From: the human T2T-CHM13v2.0 reference genome, Homo sapiens
Assembly: GCF_009914755.1 (NCBI RefSeq)
Contig: NC_060934.1
Length of the DNA stretch: 64,000 nt
Reading direction: 5' to 3' (one strand)
The notes under the pieces: generated by a model
The model's database searches: none
What the model was told of the DNA's origin: nothing
The model's input: only the letters and a program-made list of their open reading frames with translations
Program-made: the position numbers and the translations under genes
Shown: positions 15,894 to 31,144 of the stretch, piece by piece
Position numbering within the stretch: position 1 is the first letter of the stretch
Layout of the letters: the number at the start of each line of letters is the position of its first letter

Positions 15894-16839
15894 TTTAGAA
15901 TTTGGCATAATGACTTATCCTTTGGATCTGGCTGTCCAAGAAGTCCATGAGATGCTCAAAGGCTTAGGAAGAATAATCCATGTTGTGTTAGATATGGAAA
16001 GCATCGAAAGCAAATTTAAGAATTAGTGCATATTGCAAATATCAGTCTCACAAATAACAAGCATAATATGTCTTTCTATAGCTACAAAATTACCTCATAT
16101 CTGTAAATTGTATGTATTAATATTTTCTCAGAATTCTTCCTACTTTTACAGTTGGAAATTACCATTTAAAGCACTACACCACAAAAAAATATAATGCTTC
16201 TCTTTGGCTAATGTTGGAAATTGTGAACAAGTGGTAAATTTGAATAATGTTGATTAAAAGTGGGGGCAAGAGCAAAATATAAGCCTGTTTCTGGTTACAC
16301 AGAAAGTCTAAGACCCTGCTTCTTGATTCTCGTCATTTCTAATAATTTCACAGAGATTTGGCAGCTACAGCACAGATTCTGAAATGTAATATCAATTACC
16401 TGAAGAATGAAATACTAGTGGTGTTTGCCTCTAGCACTTACTTGAGATTGATTAGCAATTGGGAATATAATGGAGATGGGCAGACTTCCAAGCCTGAGGA
16501 TCACCTTAAGCCTCTTCCAAATATTTAGATGCTCAGGGTGATTATCCACTCTCAATTACAGGCAATGTGACATGAGCAGAATTTTCAGGGGCTGTTTCTG
16601 CCATTAGTTTCTTTCAGTTAAACAACTAACAAAAGTAGTAAAATTATATTTATAAATCTATCCATTCATTTTTAAAAGAAAATAATGTCTCTATTTTCAA
16701 GAGAATAATGTCTCTTTAAAAGCAACGAGAATGGAAGGAACAACAGATTTCCAAAACTGTACTATTATTGCAAAATAATTCTTCAAAAATATGTGGCATT
16801 TGTACATGTCCAAGTATTAAAAGACAATGGGCTCTGGAA

Positions 16840-17330
16840 CTGTGTTTTCTAGAATAGCCCTAGAATGGTAGGGACAGGGAATCCTTCTGGAGAAAATATA
16901 TTTACATTCCTAGTTAACTTCAGATAAATATGGTAGCTTTTTCTAGTGACATTTAGAGATATCACTCATAGAGACATTTGCTTGTATTTCAGCAATTGCT
17001 CTTTCTCTGGAAGGGAGGTTTGACAGGTTTGGATAAATTTGTCAGTAGTCCCTGTAGAAGATCAGAGTCTAGTAAACATGGCGTTCCATTTGTGTGACCT
17101 ACCCCCACAGTGTATGTGTTTACCACTAGTTTTTCATTATCCATTCACACTGCAGGAATTGGGACTCAGGGAACTAGCATTACAATGCTACTCTGGTTGC
17201 TGCATTTGCTCTAAGTGATAAACTGTCTTTGTCTCTGACTCAGAGGCCTCCAGTTTTACACATATATACATAGCTTGTGAAAAGCTGACTTACTTGCTTA
17301 CCCAAAGTATAAAATTTTGGACCATTACAC
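16840..17330 (+). mobile_element. Old ERVL-type LTR (LTR40/41-like)
   Basis: GGGACTCAGGGAACT..AAGTGATAAACTGTCTTTGTCTCTGACTCAG. Confidence 0.45.
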
Positions 17331-17475
17331 TACGTGACTGTATTTTTGAAAATTTCATTTTCTGATTAAAAGCATAATACATATCCATATGTTCACTGAA
17401 GAAAATTTGAAAAACTAAAAATATATAAACATAAATAACACATGACTCAAAATTTTACCATCAGAGGCAATCTAG

Positions 17476-17922
<447 letters not shown>

Positions 17923-18021
17923 TAACAATAATTTTTAAATAACAAATACAATTTAAGAAATACCAACAAGGTACTATGAAATTTATACTCAATAATAATG
18001 TAAATGATATCAATTGACAGT

Positions 18022-18232
18022 TTTTATTGTATATATTTAATGTATATAACATGATGTTTTGATATACAGCTACATAGTAATGGGAGTACTACAGTCAAGC
18101 AAATTAACATATTTATTATCTTACATAGCTACCTTTCTTTTTTTGTGTTTTACAAGGTTGCTAGTAATCAACCCTCTTAGCAAATTTCCAGTATATAATA
18201 CAATATTATTAACTATAGTCCTCAAGCTGTGC
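18022..18232 (-). mobile_element. L1MA 3' end fragment
   Basis: ACATGATGTTTTGATATAC..ACAATATTATTAACTATAGTC. Confidence 0.7.
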
Positions 18233-18693
18233 CAATGTAAGTTAAATATGCTTCAGAGAAATTGTGCTGACACACAATATTTTTCTTAGAATTTTTCTGT
18301 TATTTTAGCAACAATAAAATAACTTTGCATATAGAATGAATAAAATATCAATATACATAAAGAAGTTTTCTTATAAACAAATGATAGCTAAACATATCCC
18401 AGAATGGAAGAATCCGTTCCCAAAAGCAATAAAATCTCAAATCACCTGTAATAAATTTCACATGCATTTTTAAAGGCCAACTTAAAGAGACTATAAAAGA
18501 ACAGAATAAATGAAAAATGCAATCTTGTTTGTGGGAAATTTTTAACTTTTTTTATTTGTTTTACCTTGTCTATTATACCTTTGCCCATAAATTTTATCAT
18601 CTCTGTGTTTTGTTATTTTAGGCATGTTCATTGCATTATAACATTTTTGTTATCCTACATGACCATATTTTATTTTCATTTTTTAAATGATAT

Positions 18694-19093
18694 TGTCTTA
18701 GTCTGTTGATACAGAAGAATGCCACAGTCCGTATAATTCATAATAAGGAGACATTATTGGCTCATGTTCTAGAGGCTTAGAAGTTTAAGATTAAGGGACC
18801 AGCATCTGGTAAGGGCTTTCTTGCTATGTCATCATACGGTGGAAGGGCAAAGATGGTGAGAGTGAGAGAGAAAGAAAGGAAGCAGAACTCATTCTTTTAT
18901 AAAGAGCCCACTCCTGTGAGAATAAAACCATTCCCATGATAGTGAACACATATATGTGACATAGCAGTAATTCATTCATGAGGGCTGAACGCTCATGGCC
19001 TAATCACTTTAAGCTCCTGCCTTCTAATGCTATTACAATGTCAGTTAAATTTTAACATGAGTTTGGGAGGGAACAAATATTCAAACCTTAGCA
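18694..19093 (-). mobile_element. MST (C/D-like) MaLR solo LTR
   Basis: TGTCTTAGTCTGTT..CCAGCATCTGGTAAGGGC..CATGAGTTTGGGAGGG..TTCAAACCTTAGCA. Confidence 0.85.
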
Positions 19094-19199
19094 GAGTCAT
19101 ATTTATCATCTTACATAAATTGACATGACAGGCATGTATTGACCAATCTTATATTTGTGTTTTACATTAATACAGTTGTATTGAATCTCTTAGTCTTTA

Positions 19200-20362
19200 C
19201 ATAGTGATTGTACTGATTTTATATTCCCACCAATAGGATATGAGAGTTCCCTTTTCTCCACATCCTTGTTGATACTTGTTTTCTTCTATGTTTTTCATAA
19301 TAGCTGTTCTAACAGGTATGAGGTGAGATGATATCTCATTGTGGTTTTAATTTGCATTTCTCTGATGATCAATCATGTTGAGCTTTGAGCTTTTTTTTTT
19401 TTTTTTTTTTTTTTTGAGAAAGGGTCTTGCTCTGTCACCCAGGCTGGAGTGCAGGCCTCAGCCTCCTGAGTAGCTGGGATTACAGACATGCACCATCATG
19501 GCTAATTTTTGTATTTTTAGTAGAGTTGCGGTTTCATCATGTTGACCAGGCTGGTCTCAAACTTTTGACCTCAAGTGATCTGACTGCCTTAGCCTTCCAA
19601 ATTGCTGGGATTACAGGTGCGAGCCACTGTGCCCAGCTATGCTGAGCATTTTTTATGTATCTGCTGTTCATTTGCATGTGGTCATTTGTGAAATATCTAT
19701 TTAGATTCTTTGTCTACTTTTTCATCATGTTATGTCAAAGAGATATTTACCCTCCCATGTTCGTTGAAGCATTATTTACAACAGCCAAAATGTGGTAACA
19801 ACCTGTGTGCCCATAAATGGATGAATTGATAAAGAAAATGTGGTAGATATACACAATGAAATACTTCTTAGCCTTACAAAAGAAGAAAATTCTGTTGTAT
19901 GAGACAACATAGATAAACCTAAAGGGCATTATACTAAGTGAAATAAGCCAGACACGGAAAGACAAATACTGCATTATCCCTCTTATATGTGGAATCTAAA
20001 AAAGTCAAAATCATAGAAGTAGAGAGTAGAATGGTAGTGACTAGAGGCTGGTGGAGATGAGATGGAATGGGAAGGGCAATGTGGGATCAGGAGGTACTGG
20101 TGAAAGAGTGCAAGCTTGTAGTTAGAGTGAAGAAATAAGTTGTAAAAATCTATTGCATGGCATGGTCTCTATAGTTAAAAAAATGTTGTATATTTTAAAA
20201 TTGCTACAAGAATATACATTAAATATTCTCACCACAAAAATGTGATAAATATGTCACGTGATGGATATGTTCATTAGCTTGATTTATTCATTGCACAATG
20301 ACGTATGTGTCAAAGCATTGCAGTGTATTCCAAAATTACATACAATTATTTGTCAATTAAAA
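19200..20362 (+). mobile_element. L1MA 3' end with inverted 5' segment (~19200-19730 antisense)
   Basis: Antisense ORF2-end segment joined to a sense segment starting CAAAGAGATATTTACCCTCCCATGTTC. Confidence 0.75.
19391..19636 (-). mobile_element. AluS with internal deletion
   Basis: GGAGTGCAG joined directly to GCCTCAGCCTCC (~55 nt of the right arm missing). Confidence 0.92.
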
Positions 20363-20379
20363 GATATGCCTTTAAACCT

Positions 20380-21700
20380 TTAAATATACTAACATCTTTA
20401 TTAATTGAATTATCAGCTTTAAAAAAATTTGTTCTTAACATTCAAAATAAATTGATACACTTTACCTACCACCTTTTTTAAAACTTCTTTTCATTCCATA
20501 ATTTTTGTTATAGAATTTTTTATTTGCTATGGTTTATAAAATTGGACAACAGCTTAACACAATGTTACATATTTAAATAGTCATACTCCATTTTTCTATT
20601 AATTTCTTACTTGTATAAATACCACTTTGAGAAGAATGTTTGCTGATTTGAAATGTTTCCTGTGGTCTTTATACTCCAATGCATATTTGCAGGTTATAAC
20701 ATCTTGGATCACACTTTCCTTCCCCTGTAGACCTTGCAGGCACGATTCTATTATCTCTTAGAGAAAAATTGTATTAAAGCTTTTGGTCAGCCTGATTATT
20801 TAATTTAATTATTTACCTTTTGCCTAGATGAACAAGAACTCTTCTTTTTTTTTTTTGGTCCTCAAGATTTTAACTGGGCCAGATCTTATTGTTGAGAAAT
20901 CTCTGTCAACTTATCCATAGACACCATGCAACTTTTCAATTTTTGATCCATTTTTAATGGAAGTTCCTTTAAAATTTTTTTTGTAATTTTTCTTTTTCAT
21001 TTTTTTATTCTCTTTATCAGACACTTAGGAAATATTGATGCTCTAATATTAAATTTAATACTTACCAACTTTTCTATCTTTGTCATTTTTTTTCTGCATT
21101 ATTTAGTCCCTCTAGGCTGCTTACAGTGTGGAACATTTTAGTGATAATTTACCTTTCTCTAACTTCTTTGCTTGAACACTGTCAGTTCTTGTTTCAACTC
21201 CTTATGTTACTTTGAGCTCTTTTCGTCAGTAGTGAAATGTTTCTCTGTATTGAGTTACTTATTTCATAACAATATGTTTAGACAACTTTTTATTTGCTTA
21301 GTTGCAACTTTTTGGGGGATACAGGGTTGAACATTCTTCATCTTATTTATGTTTTCCTGATTCTTTTATATTTATTCCTTTCATATATTATCCCTTGGTA
21401 CCAAATGAGGTCTGGGGAGGCTCTATCACCAGCTGGAACTGCTGTTTCTACTGTGCCTTCAAAGGAACTGTTGGATTTACATAACAGGTTGCACCACCTT
21501 TAAAAAAAAAATCTAATTTGCCAATGCCTTTTGAGTTTACAGTAGTCCAAAGTGTTTATTCTTTATGTCATCCCATTTTGAGATGTAGTATTCATTGCAT
21601 TTGGCAAAACTTATAATATAGCTTTACAGGAGGTAATTTTCAGGGAAGAAGAAAATTGAGTCTCGGACATCTTACATTCATTTATTTTATAACGGACTAC
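20380..21700 (-). mobile_element. Very old L1M/HAL1-like ORF1 remnants
   Basis: TTTGCAGGTTATAACATCTTGGATCACAC..; highly diverged. Confidence 0.4.
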
Positions 21701-24054
21701 ACAGAAGATCTTTTTTATTTCTTAATTAAATAGATCATCTGTTTGTTAACATTCTTTTCAAGTAGATAATTATCTGGAAATAATAAAACATTTGGTGTAA
21801 TTTTTATAAAGTTATATTACATAGTGTTTCTAAAATGCATAGAAAAAATGATTAGTGATTCATCTCAAATTTGTGATGTAGTTTCCAGGAATTCACAACC
21901 AGTAAAATTATAGTCTGTTTATAAGTTTTTTTTACATCAGAGCTTCAACATTATTAACATAATTGAACTTTCAATTTGTATTTATGTTTATTCTTATCTA
22001 GAAAATATGTCTTTCTAGCAAATAATTCACTGCACATTCATATATGTCCAATTATTGTAATTAGAGCTGCACCACTAATAATTGATGCTTCGTGCAGAAT
22101 TAGTATAATATGATTCTGGCATTTACTGTCTAAACCTATTGTGCTTGGAAATGTCTTGCATTACATTATGCATCATGACCCAATGATTTCACCCTAAGAG
22201 AAAAAAAAAAGATAAAAGCTTTTAGTTTTTAAACTCCAGCCACATAAATGAATAGTTAGGGAACTTTGAGAATATGACATAGCAATATTTTATTGTAGGG
22301 ATTCTGTGAGACCCTTCACAAATTAAGCATGCTGTATCTGACTTATGGTGCTTTTATCTGTATTGCAGAAGGACACACTAGCCCACTTAACATGATAAAC
22401 TATAGTTATATTTCCTATGCAAGTCACTACATTTTCAAAGCTGTTAAAACATCCATTGGAAGTGGTAATTTAGTTGTTTGAATAAAGTGAATTTAGTTTG
22501 ATCAATCTTTTTTTCTTAATGAGTCCCAAGTGTTTGTCAATTTGCTTTTTATTTATATGCTAATCAATATCTTAATATGATTTGTTGAAAATAATATTCC
22601 TGGCTAGTTTGGGTTGTAGATAGATCTTATTTTCCCCAATAAATTATTTTACCACAAAGAAACTTTAATATAAATTAACTAAGATTGAAAGTCTATTCTC
22701 CTTTATCCCTAAGGATAATATTTTTAGCTACTGATGGTTTGAATCTACAACTTTCAAGCAAGAAAAATCTAGAATTTATTTTCTTAAAATTTCTTGCTTT
22801 AGATGTGTTGTATTAAATGGCTGAAATTTATGGCAGTGGATAAATTTATATTTCATAAATTGAAATAATCAGGATAGTCAAACAACCACCAGAATTTCAA
22901 TTTCTTTGGCAATACAATGTTTGTCTTAGTGTCTGGCGGACCACCTGCAGCTTCAATTTAGTTAGCACATTAGCCTATTGTGAGAAGTATCCTCTTTTAT
23001 TTTGTATTTCTTGCCATAAATGCAACTAAAGATAAGTGGAAGACATCACAGTCTAAGTTCTTGATATCTTCAAATAACTTTTTAGGATGGTATTTAAAGA
23101 AAATTCAATTCAAAAATAATCCTACAGACTAGAAGATTCTTTTGCTTTTGGAATAATAAGAATTGTGATATTATCAGGATACAATTGTGAAATAATATAT
23201 ATATGTAATGTAGACAATTTTTCATTATGAAAATATTCTAATTTACATAAAAATTTAAGAATTCTTACATTAAATACCCATGTACCTATACACTAGATCT
23301 ATAACATTATATTATTCTCATTTTGCCACATATCTATCCATCTGTCTATTCTTTTATTCATTTGTCAATTTTTTATATGCTTTTCTAGTAAACTACAGTT
23401 AGCGGTAAACTTCTACCACATACTAACTAGTGTGGTATAATTGTTTAGCATCACTTTTTTTGTTTCAAGATAAAGTTTAAGTGTAATAAAACACATCAAT
23501 CTTAAGTGTATAATTTGATAAATTCTGAAGAGTGCATACATCTGTGCAACTCCAAAATCTATCCATATATAGAAACTTACTCTCACCTCCGAGAATTCCC
23601 TTATACCCCTTTTCAGTAAATCTCTGCCGCAAACTGCCAAAGATAGCTGTTTTGATATTTCAATCATAGATTAGTTTTGTCTATTCTAGAAATGCATATA
23701 AATACAATCATACGAAATATAATATTTTCTCTAAGCCTTCCTTTACGTAGTATAATGTTTCTAAAATTCATGTAGGTCATTTCTCATTCCTTTTACTTAC
23801 TGAATATTACTTTATTGTATAAATATATGAAAATCTTTTAGCTGTTTACCATTTGGCAGGGATTTGTTCTTTCTGGTTCTTTGAAATTATTATGCATAAA
23901 GTTGTTACAAGCATTCTGGTTCAAGTCTTCTTGGTCTTTTTGTAAACTTACATTTGTATTAACATTGAGTACATATCTAGGGGTATTTTATTTAAAAAGA
24001 TCAGAAACTCACTAGAGTCATTTAGTTTAAATAATTTCTGATTTTTATATATAA

Positions 24055-24262
24055 AGTGTAATTCTAGTTGTTCAACTATTTACATATAAGCTATTTAAAT
24101 TTAAATTGCTTTTAATCAAATAATATTAAAAGTGTAGTTCCTCAGTCACACTAGACACATTGCAAGTGCTCGATACCCACAGGTAGCCAGTGGCTACTTT
24201 ATTAGACAACACAGATACAGACCTTTTCATTATTGTAGAAACTACTATTAGGCAGGAGTATT
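24055..24262. mobile_element. MER3/MER33 hAT element
   Basis: AGTTCCTCAGTCACACTAGACACATTGCAAGTGCTC..GTGGCTAC. Confidence 0.75.
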
Positions 24263-25493
24263 CCACGTAGCTGTCAACATTTGATGTTGTTACTTTTTAG
24301 TATCAACTATTCTAGGTTTTGTGTAATGGAATTTCACTGTGGTTTTAATTTGCATTTCCCTGGTGAATAATATTATTGAACATATTTTCATGTGCTTATT
24401 GGCAATCTATATAACTTCCTCTGTCAGCATTTGTTCAATTCCTTTATCTCTTTATTTATTGGATGATTTGCCTTTTATTATTGAGTTGTGAATTATTTTT
24501 ATATTCAAGATACTATTCTCTTGGGAGATCTATGTATTGCTAATATTTCTCCTAATATGTCGGCTTCTCTGTTAATGTTATTAATGCTGCCTTTTGATAA
24601 ACAGAATTTTTAAGCTGTGGTTATGTATAATCTAACATTTTTAATTTTATAGTTATTGCTTTCTGACTCATCTGAGAAAATATTGCCTTCACTAAAGTTA
24701 CAAAGACATATAACAATTTTTTTCTAGAAGATTTATAGCTTCAACTTTTATAATCTAGACCAATGATGTATCTCTGATTATTTTTTATATGGTGTGAAAT
24801 GTAGGATGTTTCATTTTTTAACCCATATGAATGTCCAATTTTTCCAATATTATACTTGAAAAGACAGTTTTTGGCTCATAGGATTGTTTTGAATTCATTG
24901 CTAAAATATCAAACACGGTAGAAGTGTAACCCTATGTGTGGGCTCTTCTCTTTCATTCTTGTAATTTATTGTTATGCTACTGCTACACAGTTTTGAAAAT
25001 TGTAGTTCTATAATAACTCTTGAAGTTATAGAATAGAAGTCTCCCATGGTTGTTAAATTTTCTGAAATGATTTTATGGCATCTATTTTGATAATCATATT
25101 TTTTCCATTGATTAATACAGTGAATGTTATTGATTTTCAGATGACAAATGTATCTCACATTACTAGCATAAACACAACTTGGTTATAATGTAATATCTTA
25201 TGGATTTGATTTATATATATTTGATTACAGAATCTATTTTCAGTAAGAATATTAGTCTAATTTTCATCTTTTGGTAGGATTTGTCAGTTTTTGATACTAT
25301 GAAGGCCTCATAAAACAAATTAGGAAGTATTTTCTTTTCTTCTAGTTTCTCAAAGAGTTTACATCAGATTGGTGTTAATTTTTTTTAATTGTATGACAGA
25401 ATTTGCAAGTAAAACCAATTGCACCTGAAATTTTTATTGTAGAAAAGGTTTCCTATTAACAATAATAAATGCAATTTTCTCAATAGACATGGG

Positions 25494-25962
25494 GTGTGGT
25501 GACTTGGCTTCTCTGGAAAGCAGCATTTGAAAAAGGCTTAATGTGCATGAAAGATGCTTGCTTGTGGGGTTTCTTGAAGCGATCCCTCCGGGAGGGAGCA
25601 GGAAAAAAAAAAACACAAAACAGGGTTGCGTAACAAATAAATCAAGTATTGATGCAAGCCTGACCTCAATTACAGCTTACTCAAAGAAAGTGCTGGAATT
25701 AAAATACTTTATTAGAATTGTCCCATGTTTGGCCAGAATGGCAGAGCCATATCACGCTATCTCCGCTCTCTCAACAATTAATCTCTGAATGAGGTCCTTC
25801 CAGGCAAGGTCTCTGCCTTGAATGAGATGACTCTAAAGTTAAACAATTAGAGGGCTGACAGCTAAAGGTTCTCTGATGACAGAACTTTTAACAGTTGCAA
25901 AAAATATATAAAAATTATTACTTGAAAGTGGACCTGGGCAATGCATCTCTGTTTATATCCCA
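25494..25962. mobile_element. ERVL LTR (LTR33-like)
   Basis: GC-richer insert within L1; GACCTGGGCAATGCATCT end. Confidence 0.45.
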
Positions 25963-26085
25963 AAGGCTGTTGACTATTTAGATTTTCTATTTTATCTTGT
26001 TACAGTTTGGTAAATTTGTGTTTTGAAGAACTTTGTCTATTTGGGTTAAGCTCTTAGCGGTAGTCACTAAACACATTTTCAGTGA

Positions 26086-26430
<345 letters not shown>

Positions 26431-28594
26431 AAACGAAACCTATTTCTGATATAGGTAAGTTGTGCTCTCTGTCTTTTTTTCGTCTTTAACGCATTGCTAA
26501 TATTGATAAAATGAAATAAAACACTAAAAATAAATTTTTAAAATTTAAATTGCACATGACCATTAAGAAATCTCCTAATGAGACAGACATGTAGTGTCCC
26601 TAAGAAGAAATACAATTGGCTAGTAAATGTTTGACATGTTTTTGAACCTCAACATAATAAAGACAACTTTTTTCTTTTTTCTTTGAATCTCAACTTGAGA
26701 TCCGAGTCTCCAAAATTTTTCCAAATTTCACTAAACGTAAGAATACAAATAGATTATTCTTGTGATCTATTTTCATACTGACAATGCATCACTAGCGCTT
26801 TATGACTATAATCGATATTAAGAGTAAATATTCCAAATACATCAAAAGTATAAACTCCATGTTTTGTAATAAATTAAAGCTTTTGATCATAAGTTAAAAT
26901 ATAAATTATATTCCTGCAACACAAATGTGAAGACCATATTAACTAAAACAATATAACAACATCACATTTTATTTATGATATTGGCACAAATTAGGGATGA
27001 GTTATAGCAAGTATTGGTGGGGATATGGAGGTGGTATGGTGGCATTGTAAATTTGTTAAAATTTATTGGTGAGAATTTGGCTATATACATATAATTTTAA
27101 ATATTTATGACTGATAATACCTTTTTAGAAGAGAAGGAAGGCAAAGATTTAGTCTCCAACAAATAATGTGCTATATTTCCTTTCCTGTGTTACAGTGAAT
27201 CTAGACCATTTGCAATTTCTTACACATTTAGTGTGTTCTGAACTAAGTTAGTAAACCATTCATCCAATGTTTTAATTTTTGTCTTAACTACATTTTAAGT
27301 TTATTTCTTCTGTAGATTAAATAAAATATGAAATGTTTCCATTAAATACTGACAAAAAATCTCATCTTCTATGCTTTATAACTCTTTTTAAAAATGGTTA
27401 AAGCCCAATTTTTAACCATCAATAGCAGATGGTTAACTGCCACCACTTATTCTGGCAAGTAAAAATTGCCAAATCTTTGGTTGCCATTTGGACCATTCAT
27501 AAATGCTGACACATAGATTCCTTCCGTCACCAACATCTCCTTTTTCCAAAGTTGTTGCCAAGTTTTCATTATTTAGGATCATAAATCACATAACACACAA
27601 GTTTTAATTCCAAAACCAAATTTTGGCTGCTAGAGAATTATATCTCATAACTAACATAATTTCATAGTAGCAAAAGAACCATCAGTTATATTTTTAAAAC
27701 ATCAAGTTTGAATTAGTTTCTAAGTTTAAGTTATTTGTTAAACCATTCTTTTGGGTTCAAGCATATAAGGCTTTTGAAGCAATCTAGTGCATATCCTGCC
27801 AGTAAAATAATTCTAAGTTAGAATGAAATGCATAATGACTACATTGTATATTGAACTTCAATTTTTGGTGACTTCTGCAATCGTTATTAAAATAATTTAT
27901 AACTTTTTATCCAACTCATTTCAGGGTTTCCCTAAGCCAGAAGAGGAATCAGATGACTCATTAATATTGTCAGATTATAATTCTGTATACTGCATTTTAA
28001 TGTTCTACAAGGAGAACATTTTTTCTTTCTCTAAGACTGCTTATAAGATGTGAAAATTAAGCTAATTTATTGTTTCTGTTCTTCTATTTAAGGTAATGTT
28101 TAGGATCAAATTTAACACACGTCACCTCTTTCTGTTCTTTCTGAACAGGTTGATTTAAACAACATTCTGATCAATATTAACTTTCATCATGATATAAACT
28201 AATCTACAATTCTTTTCCTTTTAAGGCAACAGAGCAACTTCAGAGAGCTGGAAAGCATTAAAAATGAGTTGTCCAATAAAAAATGGACAATTTTAGAAAA
28301 ATTAACAGATGAATATTGAAAATATCAGGGTTTTTTATTAACCAATGGGATGGGAAAAATAATTGAGAAGCAGCTCCAATATCTGGAGAGGGGTTTGGGA
28401 ATTGGAATCTGACTATATTAGAATATTAGGAATAACTGCAAGAATAGAGACAGAATCAAGTAGCCTCTCTATGTTTCTCTGCATATGTATTCCTATGGTG
28501 AAATTTAATAATGTTTATTTTATACATACTAATGCATCTGGATTTAATAACCATTCATAAAAGATAGTCTTACATATTGTTTCAAATTTTGATA

Positions 28595-28755
28595 TGGAAA
28601 GACTTTGATATAGGCCCAGCTGGGTCACTTATCTGGCTATTAAATTTAATTCTTGTATGCTACTTTGTCCGAACCTCAGTTTTTTAACCTGTAAAACTGC
28701 AATTATATACATCATGGTTGAAAAGAGGACCATGTGCCTGGAGCATAGTAAGACT
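28595..28755 (+). mobile_element. MIR
   Basis: CCGAACCTCAGTTTTTTAACCTGTAAAA; TGTGCCTGGAGCATAGTAAG. Confidence 0.6.
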
Positions 28756-31144
28756 GTAGAAATTTAAGTCAAAAGAGCAGTGTTTGTACTAATTCTAGAG
28801 CTGGACTTCTGTTAGTTAAAATAGGCAATGCCAACACAGGTGGGTTCTAATTGGACTCCAGAGATCAAACAGGGACAGTCACCATTTGAGAACAAAATGT
28901 AGCCTCTGGAATTACAACAGTAAATTTTTGATGAAGCACTTCACAATGTAAACTATTTAATTAAAATATATGTTAACTTCCTTCATATATCTCTTAGCTG
29001 AAATGACTTTCACTTCCTAAACTGTGACTATCATCACAGAGATGAAAACAGAAAATCTAGATAAATCTAGAAAGAAAGCTTGACAAAGGAAGACAATACA
29101 CCACTTCAACTATTCTATTTTAATCAATTGATTACATCCTAATTTATAATAGTACAGGAGAAAAAAATAGAATGTGCTTTGGTAAAGACAGAATAAGCTA
29201 AATTTATAGTAGACAAGCCTGTGTTATTAAAATATAGTACCACATATCTTATTCAGTTGAATAAAATATAGCCTTTGTCCACACCTCAACAAGGATAAAA
29301 ACATTTCATTTGCCAAATAATTTTACAGTCCAATTAAGCTCATCATTACTGACTGGAATGGCATAATCAACTACCTTGTCTGAGATTCTCCTTCTGCCAA
29401 TTTAGCTTTCTCAGTACTCCAGCAGTTAAAGCAAGTATTAATCCTATGCGAAAAAATAAAAGTAAAACTATCGTCATTTATGTGTTCTGTGTTTAGTTAT
29501 TTTTCGAAAATGTTAATATCTAACATTTGTTATTTAGATAGATCTACCAGTCATTCTCTAAAAATTTACACAGTACTGTCAGTTGTTTAAATGTATTCGG
29601 AGATCATAATGCAAACCTGAACTAACCTGTGATTACAAAGTTCTTCTTCTTTATTTTTTATAAGTTTTATAATTTTAGCTCCTATATTCAGGTTATGATT
29701 CATTTCCAGTAAATTTTTGTAAATATTATAAGGTAGGATCTAAGTTTATGTTTTTGCATATGATTATCCAACTATTCCAAAACCTTTTTAATTGATTTTT
29801 TTCACCACTGAAGTTTTGGATATCTTTGTCAAAAATCAATTGAAGAAAAATGTAAAGGTTTATCTCTGGATTTTTTATTCTATTCCATTGATTTATATAT
29901 GTCTGTCATTACAACGATGCCACACTCTCTGGATTATGGTTATTTTATAGTAGGCTTTGAAGTATATCTTAAGCCAGGTAGTGAAAGTTCTCCAGCTTGG
30001 TTCTTTTTCTAAACTTTTGTGATGGCTATTAATTTTTATTTTGAAAATCCTTTAAGTTTTGGTTAAGAATTTCATTGATTCTATTAGATCAATTTTGGGA
30101 GAATTGTCATCTTAACATTATAGAATTTTCCTACACATTAACAAAAGCTTTTTTATATATCTAGATATTCTTTAATTTTTCTCAGTAATGTTTGGATTTT
30201 AGTGTACAAGTTTGTGTTTCTTTTGTCCCATGTATTTCTAGGTATTTTATTCTTTGTGGTGTTGTTTTAATTGTATTATTTTCTTAATTTTATTTTTGGA
30301 TTGCTCTTAAAAATACAATTGATTTCTATATAGATCACAAATTATTGGACCCTGCTTAATTTATGTATTAGTTCTAGTAGCTCTTTTAGACTCTTCAGGA
30401 CTTTTTAAATAAAGGAACACGCCATCTAAAATTAACAACAGTTTTGCTTTATTCTTTATTATCCAAGACAACTCCCATTTCTTTTTCTGCAGTTGTTGCA
30501 TTGATTCCAAATAATTTTGAAGAAAACTAGTGACTGTGGAAATATTTGCTGTGTTATGAGCTTAGAGAAAAATAATTTAGTCTCTCACCAATAAGCATAA
30601 TGTAAGTGACAGAGTTTTCATACCAGTTCTTTATATTAAGGACATTTATCTCAATTCCTAATTTAAACTGTGAGTGGATGTCAGATTTGCTCTGATGCTT
30701 TTTCTGCATTTACTAAGATCATGATTTTTTTTGTCCTTTATTCTATTAATGTGATGTATTACATAAACTGATTTGGGGATGGTTATCCTATCTGGCTTTT
30801 CTGCAATATATCCCACTTACTTGTCACTATGTAATTTTTATATTTGTGTTTCTGATTGCATTTGCTAGTATTTTGTTAAGGATTATGCATCTATGTTCAT
30901 GAGGATATTAGTCTGTAATTTCATTGGCTTTGTTATCAGGGTAATATTGACCTTCTATTGTAAATTGAGAAGTGTCCCCTCATCCTTTCTTTTCTGAAAG
31001 GGTTTGTGTAGGATTGTTATTTATCATTCTTTAAATATTTCATAGAGCTCACCAGTGACATAATCTTGGACTGGCTTTTCTATGAGGGGGATTTATTTTA
31101 AGTACAAATTCAATGCATTTGCTTTATATAAGTCTACTCATATT

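Larger units (their letters stand above)
23440..26050 (-). mobile_element. L1MC/ME fragments interrupted by MER3/33 and an LTR33-like element
   Basis: CATAGATTAGTTTTGTCTATTCTAGAA; GTGGTTTTAATTTGCATTTCCCTG. Confidence 0.7.

Noticed and set aside
16678-16714. Short direct repeats (AATAATGTCTCT x2; likewise 31976-32019, 38088-38140, 44909-44955)
   Set aside because: Ordinary small tandem duplications in AT-rich DNA
27823-28560. Plus-strand acceptor-like sites and short ORFs
   Set aside because: No consistent donor pairing or frame, and no recognisable product
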